From a virus (lineage: Duplodnaviria > Caudoviricetes), in the IMG/VR virus record IMGVR_UViG_3300025632_000017, positions 1 to 57,211 of that record: a stretch of 57,211 nucleotides of DNA; one strand, 5' to 3'. Of this stretch, positions 1 to 7,228 are shown in pieces. The translations under genes and the position numbers were made by a program. Each line of letters starts with the position of its first letter. Position 1 is the first letter of the stretch. A model generated the notes under the pieces. That model had not been told where the DNA came from. It was given only the letters and a program-made list of their open reading frames with translations, and did not search any database.

Positions 1-405
1 CCTTCAAGTAACTGCTTACGCTGATGCTCCGGCAGAGAGAGAAGCATCGCTTCATAGTCGCCAGAGTCAGATAAGTACGGATTATCAAATAGAGAGGCGG
101 GAATAAAACGGCGCTTAAATAGAGGCTGACCTTCTTTACTATGCCCTTTAGGAAAGGTAATAGTTTCCCCAGAATCCAAATGCGTTGCCCAAAAAGCTTT
201 ACCTGCTCTTTCAGGGTCAATAAACATTTTCTTAACCCAAGCATGTCCTGCTCCTCCGGGGTTTGTTGTTGCTCTCATGTAGAGACCAAGAGTTGACGAA
301 TGTGCAGATCTCAAGCGAGATCTCATATAATCCCAAGCGTAAGGTGTAGTCCATTGAGTAAGTTCGTCAAATCCAATCCAGTTAAAAGCCTGACCCTGAT
401 AGCGT
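1..405 (+). repeat. Left copy of imperfect terminal overlap (matches 56807..57211)
   Basis: First 98 and last 55 nt identical, many substitutions in between. Confidence 0.95.
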
Positions 406-833
406 GTGACATCTGTATCCTTATCCAAGTATGACATCCAGAGGCGACCGCCTTGAGGTGATGTCCATTGAGACTTACGCTCTGACCATTTAATGCCCGG
501 AATAGCACGGGGATATAGCTCCTGAGACTTTTGTATTAGTTCCCTTAGTTCTTCTGTTGTGTGACGTACAAGTAGGCCACTAAAGTTCGGATCGTTCAAA
601 CCATGTAGCGGGTCAGCTAACATAGCGTAGGATTTGCCACCACCAGCTGCGCCACCATATAGAACCTCACGTTCTGATGCGCTCAAGAAGTATGACTGTG
701 GCCCTGGGTTTGGCTTGAATACTACCTCTTGTGCTAACTCTACGTCAAAATCAGCTGCCTTAACTGTAGCAGGTACGGTTTTAGGCTCTTCAATCTTCTC
801 TGATACTGTAGCTACCGACTCGGCCTTGCTCAA
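1..833 (-). CDS. terL: Terminase large subunit, N-terminal part (runs off the left edge, continues at the right end)
   Basis: Manual translation from TTG at 833: ...VFKPNPGPQSYFLSASEREVLYGGAAGGGKS (Walker A) ...WIGFDELTQW (Walker B); in frame with 56143..57132 after circularisation (~498 aa in total). Confidence 0.9.
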   Translation of the reverse strand, partial: MSKAESVATVSEKIEEPKTVPATVKAADFDVELAQEVVFKPNPGPQSYFLSASEREVLYGGAAGGGKSYAMLADPLHGLNDPNFSGLLVRHTTEELRELIQKSQELYPRAIPGIKWSERKSQWTSPQGGRLWMSYLDKDTDVTRYQGQAFNWIGFDELTQWTTPYAWDYMRSRLRSAHSSTLGLYMRATTNPGGAGHAWVKKMFIDPERAGKAFWATHLDSGETITFPKGHSKEGQPLFKRRFIPASLFDNPYLSDSGDYEAMLLSLPEHQRKQLLE

Positions 834-1212
834 GCTTTTCGATCTGCGAGAGCGCTTCTTTGAGCCGCTGGGTGAGCTTGCGTTTAATTGCAGCTGATTT
901 CTTACGTTTTTGCTCAACTTTAATTCTCTTATGTAATCCCATGTGTGAGATATATCGCCCAGTAGTCTTACTTAACCATATCGCTACTTCACGATAAGAA
1001 TACTGCTTTAAGTGCCGCTTGGCAAGCTCTAATGCTTCTAATTCTTCTGGAATAGGTTCTAACAGCCTGTCATTTTCTGGGTGAACTCTATAACCAAAAG
1101 GAACTTGCCGTAAGGAAACACGAGCTATTACATGCCACTCTTTCTCCTCACCCTTAAAAGGTTTTGGTAGCTCCCAAAAACCTAGATCTCTATCGTAGTC
1201 ATATTTTGACAA
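790..1212 (-). CDS. Hypothetical DNA-binding protein (HTH-like) upstream of terL
   Basis: VPFGY and YSYREVAIWLSKTTGRYISHMGL, basic C-terminal helix; packaging-gene context. Confidence 0.6.
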   Translation of the reverse strand: MSKYDYDRDLGFWELPKPFKGEEKEWHVIARVSLRQVPFGYRVHPENDRLLEPIPEELEALELAKRHLKQYSYREVAIWLSKTTGRYISHMGLHKRIKVEQKRKKSAAIKRKLTQRLKEALSQIEKLEQGRVGSYSIRED

Positions 1213-1214
1213 TG

Positions 1215-1586
1215 TTACTCGTTAGAACCTTCTTTTGGTGGTAAGTAAAAGATGCCACCTCCATTAGAAGTTACATCTACTTTATCTACCTTACCAAGTC
1301 CTGCACGATCAAGCAAGTCCTTAGCCGCAGCCATCTTCTCTTTGATTCCTAATTCAGTAGGATCTGAGAGGGCATCAACTAAAGCCATAACAGCCTTAGG
1401 CGCAGAACGAGCAAAGTGTGTACGTGTAGCAGCACCAATCTCATCTTTAAGAGACTCAACAATAAGGCGTGTAGGTGTTTTATCACTGTAGCCAGCTAAT
1501 TGCTTAGCACGAACAACATCTCCACCCGCCTCATCAAATAAGACTTCTAGGAACTTTTGCTGGTTCTCTGTTAAGTTACGGGCCAT
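1215..1586 (-). CDS. Putative terminase small subunit
   Basis: LTENQQKFL...AKQLAGYS N-terminal HTH pattern, AAKDLLDRAG; position just upstream of terL. Confidence 0.55.
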   Translation of the reverse strand: MARNLTENQQKFLEVLFDEAGGDVVRAKQLAGYSDKTPTRLIVESLKDEIGAATRTHFARSAPKAVMALVDALSDPTELGIKEKMAAAKDLLDRAGLGKVDKVDVTSNGGGIFYLPPKEGSNE

Positions 1587-1596
1587 AGTATATTCC

Positions 1597-2178
1597 TTAT
1601 AGAGGATTATCGACTAGCTCATCATACGCTTTCCATATATCATCTACTTCTGTCTGTAGAGTATCTAGCGTATCGCCTAGTCCATCTGTAATAGTTGTAG
1701 CCTTATCTACTTGGCTACGCAAGTCTAAAAGCACCTTCTGCTGCTCTAAGATCTGTGACATGTTTGTGCTTAGCTGTGCAAGCTTCTGGTTCAAACCACG
1801 TACATCGTTGTCTGCAATAGCTTGCTCTAGTGTTTGAATACGAGATACAAGACTAGCTTCTAGTTCTTGTAGCTTTGTAATTAGCAAAGAATCTAGTACT
1901 ACTATCTCACCAGCTAGAGTGTTCTGAACATCTGTGAGGTTGCGCTGGGCTACAGTCTCTACCTTAGTTACTCTGGTAGTAATCTCCGCAGCTTTTGCAT
2001 TGAATGCAGCACTATTCTCCGCAACTTCTGCAATGCCAGCCTCTACACCGTAGAAACGCTGTAGTGTATCATAAGACCAATACACACCACCTGCAACTGT
2101 AGAAAGAACTGGAAGTGCCACAGCAACCATCCAGCCCTTAATGTTGTATCCACCTACGCTAAACTCAAAGTCCATCAT
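1597..2178 (-). CDS. Membrane-anchored coiled-coil protein
   Basis: N-terminal TM (WMVAVALPVLSTVAGGVYW) followed by long heptad-rich helix. Confidence 0.7.
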   Translation of the reverse strand: MMDFEFSVGGYNIKGWMVAVALPVLSTVAGGVYWSYDTLQRFYGVEAGIAEVAENSAAFNAKAAEITTRVTKVETVAQRNLTDVQNTLAGEIVVLDSLLITKLQELEASLVSRIQTLEQAIADNDVRGLNQKLAQLSTNMSQILEQQKVLLDLRSQVDKATTITDGLGDTLDTLQTEVDDIWKAYDELVDNPL

Positions 2179-3002
2179 TGTGTTGGCATTGCCCCATACT
2201 GATTAATGTATTCACCTGCTGCGTAAATCTCTGTAGCATTCTTCATCTCAGGTGTTAAGTAGCCCTGGAAGCCTGTACCAAAACCTGAGTCATCCCAAGT
2301 GATAACAAACTCATCAATAGCCTGTGTATATGTGATAGCTGTGTAGCTACCAACCATGTAGTTACCCTGTGCAGCGTAGTTGTCTACAGTGGCAGTAAGT
2401 TCATCGTTGTTAGCCGCAGCCATGAAAGCACCAGCCTGTTGAGCAAAAGTCTCTACAGCTGCTACTGCCTCGTTGTACTCATTAACCTCAGCAGCGTCTA
2501 AGCTGTATGCGTCTGTCTCAAGCATACCCTGTAGCTCAACCTGCTCAGGCTTAGTGTCTGCCTCAGATGCTACGGAAGCTACCTCAACTGCTGTCATAAC
2601 TACAGCTGTAGCAGCAGTCAGGTTATCTACTGCAGTGTTCAAGCTATTCATAGCCGCTGCATGTTCCTGCATAAACAACTGCTCAGCTGTACTAGCAATG
2701 GCATAGTCATGTTGCAGTACAAGGTCTTTAGCTTCTAGGTATGCACCTAGCTCATCTGTGGTAATAATACCCTCACTAAGTGCATCATCGTTAATAACAC
2801 CACCGATAGCAGCATAACCTACAGCACCTACAGTCATAACACCACTGTTAGTAATACGATCCTGAATATCACCGATAGAGGCGATAAGCATGTCAATCTT
2901 CTCTTGACCAGTTAGCTCGTAGTTAGTCTCTTGTGCGCTTGCTGCTGCGGAAACGCTCACTAAGGCTGAGCTTAGGAGTATTGTCTTCAACGATCTCTTC
3001 AT
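2175..3002 (-). CDS. Secreted acidic helical protein
   Basis: Sec signal MKRSLKTILLSSALVSVSAAASA-Q; 275 aa ORF. Confidence 0.7.
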   Translation of the reverse strand: MKRSLKTILLSSALVSVSAAASAQETNYELTGQEKIDMLIASIGDIQDRITNSGVMTVGAVGYAAIGGVINDDALSEGIITTDELGAYLEAKDLVLQHDYAIASTAEQLFMQEHAAAMNSLNTAVDNLTAATAVVMTAVEVASVASEADTKPEQVELQGMLETDAYSLDAAEVNEYNEAVAAVETFAQQAGAFMAAANNDELTATVDNYAAQGNYMVGSYTAITYTQAIDEFVITWDDSGFGTGFQGYLTPEMKNATEIYAAGEYINQYGAMPTQ

Positions 3003-3636
3003 CTGTGTCTTCCTCTCCTACCCTAAGTAGGGTATCCCAAAACGCTTTGTCTGTCTCATACCCAACGATATAAAGCGCTGGACTCTCTCTGTACTTCTTT
3101 ATCGCTGCCTTCCCCATAAGCAGCTTACCTGTCTTACTGTCGTTTATTGGACAGGGTGTATTCGCTAACATCATACTACGGAACACTATAGGGTCTTGGC
3201 ACAGTACAGATATAGCTGATACCTGTAACCCTAAGCCACCTACTTGCTGTGGTGCTCCTAAGAGCCTAGCGTTCTTACGTCTGTTACAAGCTTCATCCTG
3301 CTCCATCTTACCAGAGGATAAACCTAAGACGCTTATCTGTATCCCTGTAGAGCTTGGTAGTAAGCAGCTATCGTTACCGCCACCACCCATCATCGTAGGA
3401 GCTATCGCTGACATAACAGGGGCAGCTGAACCAGCACCCGTAGCGTTGTAGTTGTTAGTTACAGACTCCTCAGAGTTGTTACTGTCTACAGTGCTATTCT
3501 CGTTACTCGTAGAGAAGTCTCCAGTAACATCACCTGCCTGTGCAGTCATCCCCAATAACATCACGGAGATAAGGGTCACTGCACATAAGCTGAAGAGCGG
3601 CGTCTTTCTGACCGATGTATGTAAGAGTTTGTGCAT
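2923..3636 (-). CDS. Secreted Cys-containing hypothetical protein (start uncertain)
   Basis: Signal-like LISVMLLGMTAQA-G; several Cys (NDSC, ACNRRKNARLL, LCQDP, TPCP). Confidence 0.7.
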   Translation of the reverse strand: MHKLLHTSVRKTPLFSLCAVTLISVMLLGMTAQAGDVTGDFSTSNENSTVDSNNSEESVTNNYNATGAGSAAPVMSAIAPTMMGGGGNDSCLLPSSTGIQISVLGLSSGKMEQDEACNRRKNARLLGAPQQVGGLGLQVSAISVLCQDPIVFRSMMLANTPCPINDSKTGKLLMGKAAIKKYRESPALYIVGYETDKAFWDTLLRVGEEDTDEEIVEDNTPKLSLSERFRSSKRTRD

Positions 3637-3769
3637 CTAAGTTCCGTTGACATTTGGCATCATTAGCCGGGCAAGAGGAAGGTAAGACCACAGATGAAGT
3701 ACTACATGCAGTAGTTATACTCATACAAACCAGAAATGCAAGATTATTTAAAGTTCCCTGCCACGACAT
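3530..3769 (-). CDS. Small putative lipoprotein (79 aa)
   Basis: ATG at 3769 after GGGGTG; MSWQGTLNNLAFLVCMSITTA-C lipobox-like; 4 further Cys in the mature part. Confidence 0.55.
   Translation of the reverse strand: MSWQGTLNNLAFLVCMSITTACSTSSVVLPSSCPANDAKCQRNLDAQTLTYIGQKDAALQLMCSDPYLRDVIGDDCTGR
3713..3741 (-). promoter_or_regulatory. Putative promoter TTGCAT-N16-TATAACT
   Basis: Same geometry as four other sites in the genome. Confidence 0.45.
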
Positions 3770-3914
3770 TGCGGATTTCACCCCGTGCGATACCGATGTC
3801 ATGCAGTTCTTTGTCTGACATGTTAGTGAGGATCCAGTAGTCTGCACGTGCTTGTTGTGCCTTTTGTAAGCTTGCCAAGAAGTCTGTGAAGGTCTTAATA
3901 ATAAGTGTGAACAT
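3744..3914 (-). CDS. DUF1127 (YjiS-like) small protein, 56 aa; not in ORF track
   Basis: MFTLIIKTFTDFLASLQKAQQARADYWILTNMSDKELHDIGIARGEIRNVVAGNFK; L..(L/M)SD..L.DIG..R.EI signature; AGGA RBS. Confidence 0.8.
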   Translation of the reverse strand: MFTLIIKTFTDFLASLQKAQQARADYWILTNMSDKELHDIGIARGEIRNVVAGNFK

Positions 3915-3921
3915 TGTATTT

Positions 3922-3966
3922 TCCTATGTTATGCCCAGCATCATTGCTAGACTTGCATAGTTATAC
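3922..3966 (-). promoter_or_regulatory. Leader element TAACTAT / AGCAAT-N-ATGCTGG hairpin / AACATAGGA, shared with scaffold-gene leader
   Basis: Aligns with 52364..52410. Confidence 0.6.
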
Positions 3967-4014
3967 ATATGTTAGAACTATTTACCTCTACTAAGTTTGC
4001 ATACCCGCTATTCG

Positions 4015-4374
4015 TTATACGCCAGAGAAGGTCTCTGTTACAGTTAGGATAGTGTCTACATGTGCTGCTACACCAGGAGTAACACGTATCTGATCTCCTG
4101 CAGCCAGTACTAGCTCAATGTCAGAAAAGGTTATGTATTCACCTGCACCTAAGTTCTTACCCTCTAAGAAGTGTGACGTATATGTATCAGCTGCTACGTA
4201 CCACTCAATAGTAATATCTGTGTTACCTGAGAAGTTATGGACGTGAAGATAGCTTACCTCAGCCACACAGTTAGGAGGACACGTATATACATTCTCTGTA
4301 GTAGTCGTAGTGTTGTGACCCCATACAGAACGCCTACGAGCAGGTCTACCTTGGTGGTTGAGTGTAACAGCCAT
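4015..4374 (-). CDS. Hypothetical beta-rich protein, possibly virion
   Basis: 119 aa ORF; VYTCP...LVLAAGDQI pattern typical of small phage structural proteins. Confidence 0.6.
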   Translation of the reverse strand: MAVTLNHQGRPARRRSVWGHNTTTTTENVYTCPPNCVAEVSYLHVHNFSGNTDITIEWYVAADTYTSHFLEGKNLGAGEYITFSDIELVLAAGDQIRVTPGVAAHVDTILTVTETFSGV

Positions 4375-4679
4375 TACTCGTCAACCCACGCTTCATTCTC
4401 TGGGGTGTTAGGGTCATCAGCAATGAGTTGACCTTTAGCGTTACGAGCACGTTTCTTACCTGGAGGAGGTGTAGCTTTCTTAGCTTTCTTCTTAGGCTTA
4501 GTAGCTGCAATATCTGCTTCCTGACAAATAGCATTGACGTTAGGGTCTTTGCTCTGCACGTTGCCATAGTTGTCTTCACCAGCAGATTGATTACCCATGG
4601 AGTCCCATACGTAGCCATGCTCATCTACACGGTAGCCCTTAGCTTCCAGTGCTTCTTTATATTTATGGTAATATTTCAT
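4374..4679 (-). CDS. Hypothetical protein
   Basis: 101 aa, coupled to neighbours; C-terminal RARNAKGQLIADDPNTPENEAW motif. Confidence 0.7.
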   Translation of the reverse strand: MKYYHKYKEALEAKGYRVDEHGYVWDSMGNQSAGEDNYGNVQSKDPNVNAICQEADIAATKPKKKAKKATPPPGKKRARNAKGQLIADDPNTPENEAWVDE

Positions 4680-4861
4680 TACTTACCCTTCTTAAGTGGA
4701 CGTGCTGCTTGGTTAGATGCACCACAAGCTAAGCCACCTGTAGCGTAACCCATCTTCTTCTTAGCCATACCACCATAACTGTAACCCATCTTCTTAGCTA
4801 CTCCTGGTGCTTCTTTCTTAAGAGCCTTCATGCCTTTGTTCATCATACCACCTTTGTTCAT
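4679..4861 (-). CDS. Small basic M/K/G-rich protein
   Basis: 60 aa with repeated NKGG/YxxGG motifs. Confidence 0.6.
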   Translation of the reverse strand: MNKGGMMNKGMKALKKEAPGVAKKMGYSYGGMAKKKMGYATGGLACGASNQAARPLKKGK

Positions 4862-4868
4862 ACCTTCA

Positions 4869-5147
4869 TTACCACTTCACCTTATCTGCCCAGTAAGCTG
4901 CTGAGAGCTTACCCTTCTTAATGTTCTTTGCATGTCTAGCTTTAAAGCTTGCACGTTTCTTCTTCATGCGATCAGATTCACCCGCTTTAGGCTTGCCTGC
5001 TGTGGATGCTCCCTGCTCACCAAAGCGGATGAGCTTAATGGTGTCACCTTCCTTGGCAAGTACGGCGTGTGACTTGGTAGGGTGTTTAGGGGTACGCTTT
5101 GGTTTGTTGTAACCTGCAAACGTCTCTCCTCTATACTCAATAGACAT
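4869..5147 (-). CDS. Conserved basic phage protein
   Basis: KLIRFGEQG...RASFKARH...SAAYWADKVKW motif common in phage late regions. Confidence 0.75.
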   Translation of the reverse strand: MSIEYRGETFAGYNKPKRTPKHPTKSHAVLAKEGDTIKLIRFGEQGASTAGKPKAGESDRMKKKRASFKARHAKNIKKGKLSAAYWADKVKW

Positions 5148-5148
5148 A

Positions 5149-5394
5149 TTAAGCTTTACCTGCTCTGCTATTACGAGGGAAACTACGGTTCTTAGCTTTT
5201 GTAGTTACGGCTAGGTTAGAGCGCTTGTTATTCTTAGGGTTGCCATCCTTGTGATGTACGTCTTTGCCATCACCCTTTTTAACAACACCACCAGCAGAGA
5301 GTTTAGCACGAGCAGAGTTACGAGATGCACGTTTCTTTACCTGAGCAGGCTTACCTTGGTAGTTAGCATACTCTTTTTTATAGTCTCTAGCCAT
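5149..5394 (-). CDS. Small HNH-motif protein
   Basis: DGKDVHHKDGNPKNNKRSNL...NRS. Confidence 0.7.
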   Translation of the reverse strand: MARDYKKEYANYQGKPAQVKKRASRNSARAKLSAGGVVKKGDGKDVHHKDGNPKNNKRSNLAVTTKAKNRSFPRNSRAGKA

Positions 5395-5644
5395 AGTCTC
5401 GCTCTCTATCGGGGTCTAGTACGTCATTACGATCAAGTAGACCTTCTAAATACATCATTCGTTCTACGTAATCTAAGGTTAACTCTCTATCAGGGAAGAC
5501 TTCCTGTAGGTGTGCTCTAGTGTAGAACACTTCACTACGAGGAATGTGTACACGCTGGAAAGCTCTTACATCATTTGACGCTAAAGCAGAGTAAAACTCT
5601 TCTAATACGGAATCAGATGCGTATAGTTTTATTTGTTTAGACAT
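5387..5644 (-). CDS. Hypothetical protein (first late-strand gene)
   Basis: ATG at 5644 (MSKQIKLY); overlaps next gene start. Confidence 0.65.
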   Translation of the reverse strand: MSKQIKLYASDSVLEEFYSALASNDVRAFQRVHIPRSEVFYTRAHLQEVFPDRELTLDYVERMMYLEGLLDRNDVLDPDRERDYG

Positions 5645-5653
5645 GAATGTCAA
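5625..5653 (-). promoter_or_regulatory. Putative promoter TTGACA-N16-TAAAACT
   Basis: Perfect -35 and recurring geometry; overlaps the start of the 5387..5644 ORF. Confidence 0.5.
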
Positions 5654-5681
5654 TACTTTTATTATACAAAGGGGGAGAAAG

Positions 5682-5992
5682 TGGTACGTGCCGCAAACTA
5701 AGTATGAGGAGAGTGAGGGAGGAGAGAGTATTACTTAGAGTGTAACACGTACCAGTTAATGTAACGTTGTTTTATTTTATTATGGTTACATTAAATAAAG
5801 TATATACGAATGTTTATTACACTACAAGTGTTAAATTGTAATAATATGTGATTATAGAGTATTACTCTAGAGTTATAACTTACCTATGTCCACTATCCTT
5901 TTTGTAACACTCTCTTATAGAGTAATACTCTTCTTTATTTATTACTTTACTTTAGTTTTAACTCTAAGAGTAATACTCTGTGTGCTCCTGCT
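5682..5992 (-). ncRNA. Candidate structured RNA with anti-Shine-Dalgarno loop
   Basis: Downstream of promoter 5997..6025; ORF-free; hairpins 5682-5690/5746-5754, 5698-5704/5732-5738 and 5756-5765/5784-5793; loop reads UACUCUCUCCUCCCUCACUCUCCUC on - strand. Confidence 0.45.
5725..5979. repeat. Repeated palindrome AGAGTAWTACTCT
   Basis: Full copies 5856-5868, 5919-5931, 5967-5979; partial 5725-5735. Confidence 0.85.
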
Positions 5993-5996
5993 CCGC

Positions 5997-6025
5997 AGTT
6001 ATACCCATAGAAACACCCTGGTCAA
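5997..6025 (-). promoter_or_regulatory. Putative promoter TTGACC-N16-TATAACT at head of the late strand
   Basis: Near-consensus hexamers in intergenic DNA. Confidence 0.65.
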
Positions 6026-6919
6026 CCCCTAAAATGCACATACTGCAATTATTGTAACATTTTGTTACTGTAATACAGGGTTACTGCTTAGGGTACCTGC
6101 TCAAGTGGTCCATAGGGGGTGTCTGTCTCACATAGTGGTACTAACTAGGTCCACATCGGCCCTACTTTACTTAGGTTTACATAAGGCATCGCTTATATAC
6201 GAACTAAAAAACCACTTCTGTGTATTTGTACATATACGTATACCCTACGTACCCCCCATGGAGCCTGCCCCCTCCCCTCTTTATACTCTTACTATCACGC
6301 CAAACACTGTTTTTATTGGCTTTTTTATTGTCTCCCCTCCCCTGCCCTAACAAATTAAAGATAGGCTATAGGATAAAGCATTGTTTTTATTGCATTAGGG
6401 AAGTGATAGGTAGGCACTTACTTTGATATATTGTATATTCTGCCACCCTATCCCCCGATTGTTCAAGATTGTACACCTAGCCGTGCACTTAACACACAAG
6501 AGAACAATGCGAAACAATCCGGCTCTAATGTTCTGACTTGTATTTTTCTGCTCTTGATTGTTCTGACTATCCCGCAATCAATACAATGAAAAACATTTGT
6601 ATACCAAAACTCAAAAGTGGATCTTATTTGGCAGGGCTTTTTTGTGCCATTATATAGTCAAACAAATTGCTGCACCAAATCATGCTCTGGAATTGCCCTA
6701 TTGAATTGCTCAAAAGTGATTTGGTTTTATGCGCAGCTGCACCCGTTAAAACTCTTTAAATAGGCCAAAGCTGCAATTTGTGCCGGTAATCCCCTGGAAA
6801 TCTTCATTTGTAACTATATGAAATTAAACAATAATCGAAATAAGATGAAATTATTCTGCAAAAAGTTATCTTTTTTGCTTGCAATGTTTTGTGGGATGTT
6901 GTCTTAGTTGTTTCACGGT

Positions 6920-7208
6920 TTAAGACCTAAGCAATACGGAACAGGCGGCGATGCCTAAGAATTGCGGCGATGGTCAGAAACTCTGAGGCTTGAAACAGTG
7001 CCGCACGTTATTTGACATTGATGGATCCACCCCAAACCTAGGCGCAAGCCGATAATGGGAAACACTAGGGGAAAGCTTTGACGGACTAGCCTGCGGGTCT
7101 CTGTTTAACTAGCAATATGATTAACGCCTAATAAAGAGGCGCAAGGCTTAAACCTAGGTTAGTTTTTAGTGAGGGGCGGCATACAATCGCCCTTCCTATA
7201 AGTTAACC
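6920..7208 (+). promoter_or_regulatory. Structured early leader (boxA-like element, GNRA hairpin, long terminal stem)
   Basis: GTTATTTGACAT 7007-7018; TCAGA-AAC-TCTGA; GGC-GCAA-GCC; long imperfect stem 7157-7208. Confidence 0.45.
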
Positions 7209-7228
7209 AAATCAATGGAGTAAGACAA

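Noticed and set aside
1-405. Direct terminal repeat of the virion DNA
   Set aside because: Copies are not identical and fall in the middle of terL; consistent with an assembly overlap
5725-5979. CRISPR-like mini-array
   Set aside because: Repeats are only 13 bp with irregular spacing and no cas operon; the Cas4-like nuclease is the usual phage exonuclease
6105-6577. ORF-track calls in the intergenic gap
   Set aside because: No RBS, low-complexity composition, mutually overlapping; probably spurious
6964-7004. Hammerhead-like words GUC...CUGAGG...GAAAC within a GCGGC/GCCGC stem
   Set aside because: Core reads CUGAGGC rather than CUGANGA, stem II is absent and stem I would be 2 bp; a simple hairpin explains it better
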